Source: Eledone cirrhosa (lineage: Eukaryota). From it: 64,000 nucleotides of DNA. This document shows, in pieces, positions 13,956 to 26,489 of the stretch. Position 1 is the stretch's first letter; the number at the start of each line of letters is the position of its first letter. The DNA is taken from positions 46,748,001-46,812,000 of the forward strand of contig OZ024742.1 in the NCBI GenBank assembly GCA_964016885.1, given 5' to 3'. The translations under genes were made by a program, and so were the position numbers. The notes below the pieces were generated by a model that saw only the letters and a list, made by a program, of their open reading frames with translations, did not search any database and was not told the DNA's origin.

Positions 13956-13995
13956 ATTTTTGAAAAGCATTTAGAAATGCGCAACCGGTAAAAAC
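13956..13995 (+). ncRNA. Hammerhead-like motif, U3-A8 core with A13C (mirror at ~11595-11632)
   Basis: UUU-UUGAAAA-GCAUU-UAGA-AAUGC-GCAA-CCGG-UA-AAA; palindromic stem III ACCGGU. Confidence 0.6.
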
Positions 13996-14111
13996 TTAAA
14001 AACTTAAAACCACAACTGAATACTAACCCATACAATCACTAATACTCTTTTATTCCTAATTAAACCATTTTTCAACTGTGAAGAATTTGTCAGCATTTTC
14101 TATTCCGTTTA

Positions 14112-14172
<61 letters not shown>

Positions 14173-15200
14173 ATAAACAAAAGACAGTTACTTTAGTCCA
14201 TACCTATCTATTTTATTATACGTATTTCAAAGATGTATGGCTTATGTATAGCATAAGTCAAAACATGCTCTCTTCAGATAAAATTCACAGGAGATGTAGA
14301 TATCATTTGATATGCAGGCGGTCAGACGAGCTATTCAGTTCTGTGACCAGTGAGCATATGCCTAGAAAACACACGACACAGAAGATATTATATGATTGGG
14401 AAAAAATATTACAATGGGTGTTGGCGTTTTTGAACTGGCTAAAGTATCAGGTTAACGAATAGGTCAAATAAATCAAAAGAAAACAAGTATGGACTATTAG
14501 TCTATTTATTTGTTACTTAGGTTAGATTAAATTAGATACTAAATCGAAATTATACAAATTAAAAAAATTATTCAAAGATGCTATAGTTATAATGTAACTA
14601 TATAATAAAAAAAAATCAAATTACTAATTTCGTAGTCAATTTATCTTTGTTTATATTTACAATTTTATTTTAGTAGATATTATATAAGTGGGAAATATTT
14701 AACAGTTGGCGTTGATATCTTTTAGAATTGGCTAGGGTATCATGTTAGCGGATTAAACATTTAGTCCAAAGGAAAAGTTGTATGTATTATAGCCTAATTT
14801 ATCATTTTATGTTAGAGTTAATTCATTTAGATACTATCTAAAATCTAAGATAGATGTTAAATTTATAATGAAGATATATTATGTTACTTATTTCAAAGTC
14901 TATTTCGGACTATTTACATTTTAACAACAAATTAGCTTAAAACTATATATAAAGACAATTTGTATTACTTATTCCATAGTATATTTAGCTTTATTTAAAT
15001 TTTAACTAAATAGCCTATGAAACGTCTTGCCGAATTTGTGAAGACAAGAACTAAAGATTTCAGAGCGTTTATTTATACTTGTTTGTCTATTGTCTATGAT
15101 TTGACAAACCCTTACATATAGGTACATTCTCATAAGGAAAATCATGAGAAAGATTCTGCCAAGAAAGGTAATATTTAATATCATTATTTTTAAGCGACCA

Positions 15201-15390
15201 GGCAGGTGGATTGGCAGTATGGATAGAGAGTCGGACACCATGCTTTGAAGCATAGAGTTACGTCCCTTTATGATCTGAGTTCAAATCCCGCCGAAGTTAA
15301 ATTTGCCTTTCCTCCTTACGGGGTCGATAAAATAAAGTACCAGTAATGTACTGGGTAATTGCTGGCCTTGTGCCAAAAATAGAAACAATT
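15201..15390 (+). mobile_element. tRNA-derived Meta-like SINE
   Basis: A/B boxes and core; 18-bp TSD ATTATTTTTAAGCGACCA. Confidence 0.9.
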
Positions 15391-15844
15391 ATTTTTAAGC
15401 GACCAAATCTATTCTAAGAGGTCCGTGCTAAATCTTGTATCTTTTCTTTTAAAGGAGTGTCAATGGTTATACTACCTTTCTTTAAATTTAGAAGTTGCAC
15501 CAATATGACAATAAGACTTATTATTCGTTTTAACTATGCGTTCATAAACTAATTTACGATCAAGTTATTATTTCGAGGGCAAAACTTAAGATTTTTACAA
15601 TTACAATTATTTCCGTTATTATTCAAAATTCCCTCTCTGTTTTTCTCTCATCTATGTTAATGGAATTATTACTGCCATACGAGATGATGTTTATTCTATT
15701 AGGTTTACAATTGCGAGTTATTTCCCTATTTTGAATTCCCAGATTTGTATTGTTAACTTTTGCTATATTTTGGGCAATAATTAAATCAACAACTAACTCT
15801 CTTTAATTGATATACACAGACACACACACACATATATATATATA

Positions 15845-16370
15845 AAGAGAAAATAGAGAAAATATAATTAATCCTTTCTCCGAAGTCCCGACAATATAGT
15901 TTAGACGACTGGTATGCAGCTATAATGCTACGTAAGTGCACCAGGGACGTGAGGCTATCGGCTTTTCAAGAGACCCCTTTAAGTGAAAGGACTAATTCTT
16001 CAAATGACTGTTACAAGTGAAAAGTTCTCGGGAGGGAGAAGTATAACGTAGTATAGTGACCGCGGAAGGGAGGTAACGGCTGGCCGTTTGGTAGAAAAAG
16101 CAGCTAGTACCCGTCTATTTTACTCGACCATAAGGGAGGTGGGACAAAATAACAAGATATACATATAGATACATAAGTGTGTGTGTATATATATATATAT
16201 ACACTATTTACGTATCGAGAGAGAGAAAAAAAAGGGGAGGATAGGTGATACATATAGTTATTCGCCAAGTAGCGTATGCCAAAGGTGCTCGATACTAGTG
16301 CCGGCAGTATTAAATATTCGAAGTGTTAATATTTAGTGGGCTAGAGAGTTAGCAGAGCGTAAGCACGTGC

Positions 16371-16409
<39 letters not shown>

Positions 16410-19400
16410 AAATTAACAAATGGAAACTATATTTATAAAACCATATTTATTTTATTATACATATTTCAAGGGCCACAAAGGCAAATTATGGTGCGCTTTC
16501 ATCAGATAAAATACAATACAGATTTGTTCTATAAATAAATATTGACTTACCCTGAAAAAAGGCAACAGATAGTGGAGATATTACATTTTTTGAGGGTGTT
16601 AGAAAATTATGATTGATTATGCAAATGAGAGTCCGAAAGGTTGAACAGATAACGGTTTATTTAAATTAAACTGTTGGAAGAAGGTGATATGTGAGGGAGA
16701 GAGACAAAAAGAAAGAAAGAAAAAAAGGAGCGATTTTTTTTGACTGAAAATAGTGTGAAGAGAAGAGCGTAAGTATATTTTTAAGTGAGAGAAGATATTA
16801 GTTTCAAAGGACAAATACAGCGTAAGTATATTTACGTGAGAGGAGAAATGAAGAAATGAGAATAGCATGGAGGAATAATATTTATAATGCAGGATTCGTT
16901 ATGTTTTGATTATAATATTTATAATGATAGGTTGAAAAATTAGATTAAAAATTTAATTTAATAATTTAATAATTATTTTAAATGTGTATATTAAGGATTA
17001 TAAATTATAAAAAAAATATATATTATTTTACATTAGAGTAAATCTAGTATAGTTTATTTTATTAAAAGTTGTAAGTCAAAAATTTAAAACATCCAAACAA
17101 TTCTAAATTTATGGAAAATTTTTGAGAGTTTACAAAAGAATAACCACTTAGTTATATTATAAAAACAGTAAGGCAGCGTAAAGGAAGTTATAAGTGATTT
17201 TTTAAGAACTCAGATGACTCTAAGGATTACATGCTATAAAGTAAAGAAGTTAAATTTTCTATCTTAAGAATATAATTAGAACATGAACCTTATGTTATTT
17301 TATACGAAGTCATAAATTTACTTGCTATAAAGTTAAAACAATTAAAACATTTTCTTAAGAATATATTTAAAGCATAAACCACATATATATAAAAAAAACA
17401 TATGTTTCTCCTCATATATATAAACATTTGAATATATATATTAAAAACGTTTGAAAATATAAGAATATAAAAGTACAGTTTTTCTATATCTTTCAAAGGA
17501 ATTCTCAAAAGATTTTCTTAAACCCTTCCGTAAGTTTTTCAAGAAAAAATTTTCCTTAAAGGAGTTTCAAGCAGTCATATAAAGGAATTTTATAATCTAT
17601 CGATAGGTGTAATAATATATATGTGAAATAGAGATAATAGAAAATAAATTAAGTATATGAATCATATATGGATATAGAAGACATTATGTAAAAGAGATAA
17701 GCCGTATATTACATTTTATATATATATTTAAAAGTTGAATTTAAACGATGTTTGCAAGAATTGAATAAATTGTTCCTCAAATTAATAGAGTTCTTACTTT
17801 TTAGTATAAAAAATATTTCTTCGACACAAAGGGAACAATTTTTGGATAAAGCAGTGTATGAAGGAGCTTTGGAAATAATATTCCAAAGTAAAGAGTAGTT
17901 AATGTTCTTTGATTTCAGGTCCCATAGTAAGTTAGATAGAGAAGTTGAAAATTTTTTACCAATATTCGTAAAAGAACATTTGTGGTTATTAAAACGAGAC
18001 TTGAAGCCTACATAATTAAAGGAGTTTACATTTGTTTTAACATTACAATTGTATACTATATTTTTAATTAAACAATTATTATTTAGAGGACAGTTAGATT
18101 TATTTCTACAATTACATTTATCTAAATTTAAATTACTGGGAGCCGTAACATTATATTGGATATTGCTAGGGGTATTAATGCTATTCTGGTTAGGTTTTAA
18201 GTTTCTATTATTAATTCTATTAATATTCTGCGCTAAATTCATAGTGGTGGAATATGAGAGTTTAATAGCATGTCTATTAAATATTGAGTAATACCGGTGT
18301 GTTCAAGGAAAGCATTTATCTAGAGCTTTAAAGAATAATTTAGCAATAGGAGTTTTAATACTTAATGAGAAAGGGGGAGCGAACCATAATATATTTCTAG
18401 TTCTATTTTTTCTTTTGGTTTTCGAGTTAGTGTAAGGTTTTCTATTATAATATTTATAGTTATGGTTAGTTCGCACATCCTTATTATCAATGTATTTAAT
18501 TTTATTACTATAGCCTGATCTACCTAACGCTTCGTTATAATATTGTGCCTTATCTTCAAATATATTTTTATTAGCTGAAATTCTAGAAATACGTTGCTGC
18601 ACAGAATTTACAATAGTGTTTTTAACGGATCTGGGGTGATTGGAATTAAAGTTAACATAGTTTAGATTCTCATTTATTTTATGAAATGGATAATAAAGAC
18701 CAGTGTTAAGGTTTAAAGTTACATCTAAAAAATTAACTATTTTATAATTATTCTCTACTTCTACTTTAAGATTAAGGCAATTAAAAAATTGTATAATTTC
18801 TTTTCTTTTCCTATTTATTTCACAATTATTATTATTTTCTATAAGTAATAGCATATCGTCACGATATAAACCACCGGTCATCTCCGGTATTTTCCTATGT
18901 AAAGTATTGTTAATAAAAAGCCCCACAAGATTCGTTAATTGTGCCGAGTCGGATGATCCCATAGTAATATCAAAATTATTATCTCTGTCTAGTCCATAGG
19001 TGGTTGTTAAATTTAATTAATGTTTTACGTGTAGTTAAGATAATGTGCATTTCATTACTAGTTAAATCTGTATATTTAAAGGCATATGTAAGGGCTTTAT
19101 TAAGTAGATTAGGAGTGATAGATGAGTAATAATTAGTAATATCCAATTGAATAAATTTATTGTTATGCTTATATTTAAACCAGTCGATAACTTCATTAGT
19201 CCCATTCCATAATTTTAAATAAGATATTTCCTTAAGTTGTGGTATGATTATATCTAAAATATTCTTGCTAAGTATGCCAAGATCCGATTTAGATGGTGCA
19301 ATCAATCTAACTGGTAATTCAATTTCAAAATTTCTTTTATGGTCCTTCATATTAATTTTTGGTTTCCTAGGTATGAAGGGTTGAGTCCTATTTTCGATGC

Positions 19401-19817
19401 CTAATTCCTGCATTATATAAGAAGCTTCCGTATTTAGATTTTCAAGGTCATCACTGGTTGCTCTTTTGTAATTCTTCCTTAATTCCTTCAATATAAGATC
19501 ATTGTAATTATCTTTTTGCATTCCATAAAGATTGATGGTTTTATCTGATTTAACTAGAATTTTTTCCGTTTTTTCAAAGCTTTCTATATTATTTTTGAGA
19601 CTTTTTAGGTAATCCTGGCCTACGAAGAGGTTTTTCTTAAATTTAATGCTTTGTATGATAGAGATAATCTCATTTTCAAATTCCATTAATAGTTTATTGG
19701 AAGGTGGATTCTTTTTGGATTTGAAGATTCTATCAAGATTGGAAATACTTTCTTTCGCATCAGATTTATCGAAATGTTTAAGCTTGTTGAATCCCAACAA
19801 TTAAATATAACCTCTGC

Positions 19818-19820
<3 letters not shown>
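15845..19820 (-). mobile_element. Penelope-like retroelement, near full length, bounded by (TA)n (3' boundary uncertain)
   Basis: RT plus C-terminal GIY-YIG in three frameshifted ORFs, followed by a long AT-rich 3' region. Confidence 0.8.
17709..19800 (-). pseudogene. PLE reverse transcriptase / GIY-YIG endonuclease, two frameshifts
   Basis: KSDKT, PVRLI, FIQLDITNYYSSI, MGSSDSAQLTNLVGL, GLYRDD, VNFLDVTLNL, SNHP and ILWFAPPFS; then CNCRNKSNCPL..CL..IVY..YVG..R..H..C.LC.EE..N..CKH. Confidence 0.92.
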
Positions 19821-19873
<53 letters not shown>

Positions 19874-19997
19874 TTAAATAGCCGGACTAAGAGTGAGAAA
19901 TGAAATTTCGTTTCATTTTTTCCATTTATATACATACTTTCAAGCGTGAACCTAATACCAACACTCTTCGTAATGTACTCGTTGTTATTGTTTTTTA

Positions 19998-20039
<42 letters not shown>

Positions 20040-20153
20040 CGTGCGCGTGTGTGTATGTGTGTGTATATCGTGCGTGTGTGTGTTTTTGGTGACCCGCCTT
20101 TACCAGTTTTGCTCAATGACATAAATAATTAAAAAATAATCAAATAATCAGAG

Positions 20154-20204
<51 letters not shown>

Positions 20205-20229
20205 AGTTGATTAAAGGTGATTGATTAAA

Positions 20230-20740
20230 TAATCTGCAACCTTTTCCTAAAGGGACTAATTTAAGCCACGCATCAGACTATAACGCAGAGCCAACACACA
20301 AGAAAGCCACTAAGAGTAACTCCCACCTACAAGATAAATACCCACTACAGAATAAACGCCTTGAATCCAATGTAGTGTATCTATGTACTATAAAATCGGG
20401 CAACCAGGAAAGGTATTACATGGGTTCTACAGCCAAAGAATACAAGAAACGCTGGTATGTGCATAGGCATTCAATTAAAAACAGCTAACTAAAAAACACG
20501 ACAACGCTGGCCAATAAAATCTAATGGCTTGCGAATAACAAACAAGAATACAAAATAAGCTGGTCTAAATTATCTAATGCCAGGGCTTACACACACGGGA
20601 TGTCCCAATGCAAATTATGTAGTATGGAATTACTCCATATTATACAATACAATAACAAATTACTAAATAATAAAACTGAACGGACAATTTACTATCGGCA
20701 CAAATACACCAACACATTCATAAACTACAAACCAAAATAA
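20230..20740 (+). pseudogene. Second PLE GIY-YIG endonuclease remnant of the same type, not in the ORF track
   Basis: Manual translation KYPLQNKRLESNVVYLCTIKSGNQERYYMGSTAKEYKKRWYVHRHSI..TTLA..YKISW..CKLCSME..LLNNKTE..YRHK, with two in-frame stops; starts just after (TA)n. Confidence 0.8.
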
Positions 20741-21145
20741 GCAGGATTCGATCCAATACTCTAACTGTTTGTATAAACATTATAATTTCCCAGACTTATA
20801 GCATCTGAAAATATGGCGCCAATAGACAATTTAAACATGTCCCTTATCGCCATAACAGGACACCCCATTACAAATCTATCATTGCCATTTATCTATCACT
20901 AACCGCAATAAAACAACTAAACTAAAAATAAGCAAAATACGTTAAAAGGTAAATCCACCCTCCAGCGACATCAAAGGACGTACTATTAACCTATCAAATG
21001 CAAGGAACGAACTCTTAACCAATCAGATGCAAGAGAACCTTACAATCTAAGGACACACCTACATTAACTATGAATTCTATCTCAATACACAACTATCTTC
21101 AAATCTCTTACTCTCACATATGGTATCAATCCTTTATTATTATTA

Positions 21146-21335
21146 TTGGATTGGCAGTATCGGTAGAGGGTCTGACGCCATGCTTTGCAGCAAGAGCTAC
21201 GGCCGTTTATGGTCTGAGTTCAAATCCCGCCGAGGCTAACTTTGCCTTTCATCCTTACGGGGTCGATAAAATAAAGTGCCAGTAACACACTGGGATAATT
21301 GCTGGCCTTGAGCCAAAAGTAGAACAAATTTTCAT
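21146..21335 (+). mobile_element. tRNA-derived Meta-like SINE
   Basis: GGATTGGCAGTATCGGTAGAG..GAGTTCAAATCC..GCCTTTCATCCTTACGGGGTCG. Confidence 0.88.
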
Positions 21336-21721
21336 TATTATTATTTTCATTCTTCATTTCTATTATCTTACCCTTCATCTTTGATACCCATCGGACATAT
21401 AAATCTCTATATTTATATCTTTTATTTTATTTTACTTTATTTTATTATATTATATTTTACCTGGTTTGTTATCTTGTTGTTTTTCATGTTAATGTCTGTA
21501 TACCTCTGTATAAATACGTTGTATCGCCGGATCCAAAATCAGTATTTCTCTATATTCGAAAATAAAAGACCAGAGCTAAATATACTTTAACAAAAGTTAA
21601 TATTTTAACACTGTAACCTGCTAACCATACACACACACGCATAACACACATAACACCCTTTTCCATTTCTACTAATGGAATCATTTTTTTATTTCTATTG
21701 TCAAGACGATAAATCTCTTTG

Positions 21722-21798
<77 letters not shown>

Positions 21799-22089
21799 CA
21801 CACACACACACACACGCACACAAATAAAAAAAATATATTTCTCTTTTCTACCACCACAATCGCCACCGCCATCACTATCGACACAAACGTTCAATTAATT
21901 TCAATAGAAAGTTTGAATTTTGACAACTCAGCACGACATCATGCCTTACTCACTGAACCAGAACTATTTCCCCCCCTCCCATTTCTTGACCATTATCTTT
22001 TGTTTGGCACAACACTTTCTATGAGAAACCATCCTTTTCTGCCACCTATATTATATGGCATTTATTTTATTTTTATATTCTGTTATTGC

Positions 22090-22190
22090 CTCCTCCTTAT
22101 TGAGGACGCCTTGTTATGTAAACTCCACCCATTGTACTTGTCCCACTTTTTGATGCCCTGGTGGCAAATAAAAAGAAAATTATATTATAT
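22090..22190 (+). mobile_element. Short 3' tail of a Tx1-type LINE
   Basis: TTGTACTTGTCCC..GCCCTGGTGGCAAATAAAAAGAAAATTATATTAT resembles the 3' ends at 44370 and 45625. Confidence 0.5.
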
Positions 22191-22199
22191 GGCAAAGCA

Positions 22200-22685
22200 T
22201 GTGATTGTGAAAATGGCAATAAAGAACCCCCAAACATGAACTGGCGCGAAAACTGATATACTTATTCACGTGACATCATCAACCAACCAAATTACACTTA
22301 TAAAAAAATTAACAATTTTAGTCACATTTTTTAAGGCAAATACAATAAGAACTTTCGAACGCGCACTGGCGCAAAATTTATTGTGCTTATTCACGTGACA
22401 GTCATCAACCAGCCAAATTACTTAACCGACCCCTCCCCGCTAGCAATTTGAGCCTCTCTTTCCACATAAAACAGAAAGAACTTTCAAACACGAACCAGAT
22501 GCGATACAAACAAAACCCCTTCATCTCAATTCTACTTTTGAAAAGCATAAGAACTGTGAAACCGGTAAAATAAATAAATATTCTTAAATAAAAAGACTCC
22601 AATTACATATTCGATTTCTTTTTCTTATACTTTCACATGTGTAGGTCATCTCCTTTTTTTTTATTAAAACAAACCTCATTTTCAT
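22200..22685 (+). mobile_element. Solo PLE terminal repeat, diverged homolog of the 11.4-14.1 kb family
   Basis: Duplicated TGGCGC.AAA..TCACGTGAC cassette (22242, 22367), hammerhead at 22533, ends in TA. Confidence 0.6.
22533..22572 (+). ncRNA. Minimal hammerhead, U3-A8 core variant
   Basis: UACUU-UUGAAAA-GCA-UAAGAAC-UGU-GAAA-CCGG-UA-AAAUA. Confidence 0.65.
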
Positions 22686-22689
22686 ATAT

Positions 22690-22738
22690 ATAGCTGTCGA
22701 AACGGCTGGAGCTCAGCCGTCGAGGTCCTGGCTCTTTT

Positions 22739-22742
<4 letters not shown>
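22690..22742 (+). mobile_element. Solo short arm of the GAAACGGC fold-back family
   Basis: GCTGTCGAAACGGCTGGAGCTCAGCCGTCGAGGTCCTGGCTCTTTTCC, between TA runs. Confidence 0.7.
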
Positions 22743-22815
<73 letters not shown>

Positions 22816-22839
22816 ATATATATATATATATGTTAAAAC

Positions 22840-22890
22840 GACTTCTACAGGATTAGAATTGTTTCATTCGTATGAAATCATCAGGAAATC
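22840..22890 (-). ncRNA. Type I hammerhead ribozyme in a TA-flanked PLE fragment
   Basis: GAUUUC-CUGAUGA-UUUC-AUAC-GAAU-GAAACA-AUUCUAAUCC-UGUA-GAAGUC. Confidence 0.75.
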
Positions 22891-22971
22891 CTCCAGTAAT
22901 TAGCCAGCTCCTTATCGTATTGAATATCTTTTTAAACTATTGTCACATCCCGATATATATATATATATATA

Positions 22972-23496
22972 TGAGGGTGTTAAAGTTTGCTTGAAGCATT
23001 GTGAAATGTGTAAAATACGTAGTTTAGAAAGCCACAACAATGCAGAGGGAAATCTCGAGGTAGGAAGTGAATGATAGATAGGAGAAATAGGAGAAAGTGA
23101 AAATTGAGAGAGACAAAGATGAAAACAAAACAAAGGTAGAAGGGTTACCGTAGTGGAGATTTAATCCCAATATTTCGGGCTCACGCCCATCAACGGGGGA
23201 AAGTTCCAAAAGGGGGGGAACAGGCTAAGCGGAGAATGCCGTTATAACGGCATTCCTGTTTTAACGACATCACAACTTTCTCCGCTTAGCCTGTTCCCCC
23301 CCTTTTGGAACATTCCCCCGTTGATGGGCGTGAGCCCGAAATATTGGGATTAAATCTCCACTACGGTAACCCTTCTACCTTTGTTTTGTTTTCATCTTTG
23401 TCTCTCTCAATTTTCACTTTCTCCTATTTCTCCTATCTATCATTCACTTCCTACCTCGAAATTTCCCTCTGCATTGTTGTGGCTTTCTAAACTACG

Positions 23497-23503
<7 letters not shown>
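22972..23503. mobile_element. Fold-back insert in (TA)n, ~225-bp arms, degenerate hammerhead
   Basis: Arms 23011-23235 / 23278-23503, ~38-nt tail on the left arm. TTGATG-GGC-GTGA-GCCC-GAAATATT motif. Confidence 0.8.
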
Positions 23504-23560
<57 letters not shown>

Positions 23561-23719
23561 AAAGTCACGACCCCGTTTCGACAGCTAGAATGAATATATA
23601 TATATGAATAATTGTAACTATATATGAATCGATACATGCGTTACTTCACTTTAATTAAGTGCAATGTTTAGCTATGAAATTTATTGGAATAAAGCAAATA
23701 TGGCGTTTCCCAAATATTA

Positions 23720-24559
23720 TCTATATATCTAAAATAGAAAATGTCTGTCTGTCTGTCAGTCTGACTCCCTAAATCTTGAGAACCACCCAACCGATTTTTT
23801 TCAAACTTTACACATGCAATACTTATGGTCGTGTGAGTGTTTTGAGCATAGAATAATTTAAATTTCCAATGCCGTAGAGACCGCATCAGGCGAAAAACCG
23901 CATATTTTAGCCTTTAAAGGCTTTTTTGAGGCATAACGGAACAATAATCCAGGCGATTTCTTCAAAATGTTCATTACTTATGTCGTTTAAAGTGTTTTGA
24001 GCAAAAGGGATTTTCTATTTTTTTTGTCCCAGGGACCGCATTAGGCGAAAAACCGATTTTTAAAAGCATTTTGGTTGCGTTAGGGCTTTTAACTCGAGAA
24101 GTACCCAACCGATTTTTTTTTTAATTTGCATATACATTACTTATGTTTCACAAATTTATTTGACTGAAAAAAACTTCAAATTTTTGCCCGGGGACCGCAT
24201 TGTTTAGCATTTTGGTTGCGTTAGAGCCTGTAACCTTAAACGTATCCAATTAAATTCCTTCATGCTCTGTAACTATTGCTTTCATTGCACCATAGCACAA
24301 CAAATACATGTTTGGTTTGTCGCATGCCTTTTTACTTAACCCTATCGTCTTGGCTTTCGTGGGTTGAACATTTTACTCTCAGGCACACAATTAAGTTAAA
24401 CCCCTGGTAATCTACGACGAAATTTCTTTTATAAGCACAAAATGTAGACACCATCTTCAGGCCGAGTTATTCCGTACTTCTCTGTGCTGTTTCAGAAAGG
24501 AGGGATAAACATGCCAATTTATGTTTAGAATCCCGAGCAACGCCGGGCCATTCTGCTAG
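23720..24559 (+). mobile_element. Non-autonomous Helitron
   Basis: A|TC start, (TCTG)n, internal repeats, 3' hairpin CCCGAGCAACGCCGGG and CTAG|T end. Confidence 0.85.
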
Positions 24560-24720
24560 TAGTAAATATAATCGAGATCATTAAAGTTTAATAACCAATA
24601 TGGGTTTTAAAAATAAATATACATCATGTGAAATACAGCCAACAAAATCAAAAGGAACATGAAACTAGATAAACTATATAGTTTACTCCTCATAATTAGT
24701 AAATATTTTGTACGGGATAG

Positions 24721-24767
24721 TTTTTAATGCACAATAATATAGATTCTATATTATTGTGCATTAAAAA
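24721..24767. repeat. Perfect 23-bp-arm palindrome
   Basis: TTTTTAATGCACAATAATATAGA-T-TCTATATTATTGTGCATTAAAAA. Confidence 0.95.
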
Positions 24768-25305
24768 TATATTCTATATTATAGAATATTAATGCCAACT
24801 TATAGAGCGTTATTAGGATATAATAATCCTTTTTAATTGTTCTTCATGTTTATTGCCTTTGTATTTCAAATGTATTTCTTAAACACATTAAATATATATG
24901 TATAGATATACAGTAAACTAATATATGAATAAGCAATTCTGCGTATCAATTTCTAAAAGAAAAAATGTAAAAGAAAATGTATAGAATATTATTACATCGG
25001 TATTTCAAATTTCAATAAAACTACAGTAAAAGCTGCTCCACGGATTTTTATATAAAGATATTTGAGTTAATATCTTTTATTTCAATGCACGCTTTACTTA
25101 CTATTGATCTTGTTTCCCAAAGGCACGCAAATTAATATTATAATTTCGAAAACCGATATTGTTTTTGAAATACATCGTTCTCCGACAGCGGCCTTTCCCT
25201 AAGGAATAACAGAAGCATAAACGTAAAATTGATATTACAGAAGACCACAATACTGATGTCCGAAATGGTTCTATAAATATAAGCACAATATATATATATA
25301 TATAT

Positions 25306-25336
<31 letters not shown>

Positions 25337-25449
25337 TACATATACATACAAATATATACACATACGTATTTATATATATATATATACATAATTACAGACA
25401 CATATATATATATACATATATATATATATACATATACATATATATACAA

Positions 25450-25536
<87 letters not shown>

Positions 25537-25717
25537 ATGTTTTGATGAAAGCTAAACCACATAGAAAGTCTATATTAGTAGATCTCATTGTTTCGTATAA
25601 ATAGATAATCAATTATTTCTCCAATAACGGAAACTATTTAAAAATTTCTAACTTTATATAGAAATAACTTTTATCAAATTCTTAGAAATAGAAATTAGCA
25701 ATGTATACACACACACG

Positions 25718-25749
<32 letters not shown>

Positions 25750-26489
25750 CACACATATATATATATATACATACATGTACATGTACATATCTTTGTATAT
25801 ACGTATGAATGTATTAAGGTAAGACTGAGGGACAATACCTGAGGGAAAGTATGGGTATCAAATGAAGATACGCATGCGTATGTAAGAATACTATAGTGTG
25901 TTGAAGCCTCTCGATTAACCGACGATATCCAGGCAATTTTTAGAATCATCTTCCCCTTCGGGAACTTCCAAACCTATTAGCAACGAGCAAGGGAGATAAC
26001 ACCAACAAAATACGCATACATATTTACATACACATACATGCACACACACTTACATGCACATATACAGGGACACACACTACTGAGAAAAACATTTCTATAC
26101 TCTACTCATTAGTATTGAGTGCTCTTCTTGTAGCCGATTTCGAACTCGAAAATAAATTTCTACATTCTATGCATCAGTATTGAGTGCTCTTCAGTGAAAT
26201 TAAATTCTTGACTATGGAGACTGAATAATCGAAAATAATGTTTTATGCGAGAAAATTTAAAATAAAGCCATCTGTTGCTCGCGGGGCTATAATCTACGCA
26301 ACAACTTTGAAGGCTTTCTCCACGTGATTTCACCTTTAAACGGATCTATAAACTGCCTTAACAATCGGGGAACAAATGAAGTAAGTCACTTTTCAATTTG
26401 AACAGTAACCAATAATAGCTACTTTAGAACTGTTATGCATTTCATTTTCAAACAACCACAAAATACCTCCATTATACAGCTAAGATTTA

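Noticed and set aside
15950-16100. Hammerhead at the 3' end of the long PLE, and a 15-mer shared with 55497
   Set aside because: Only partial motifs (TTGAAGA..GAAA; AAACGGC..GCCGTT) without consistent stems; the shared 15-mer is too short to prove homology.
16544-16562. TTTTTTCAG-G-GTAAGT on the minus strand as a 1-nt exon, recursive splice site or PLE intron boundary
   Set aside because: Isolated motif with no transcript evidence; expected by chance in AT-rich DNA.
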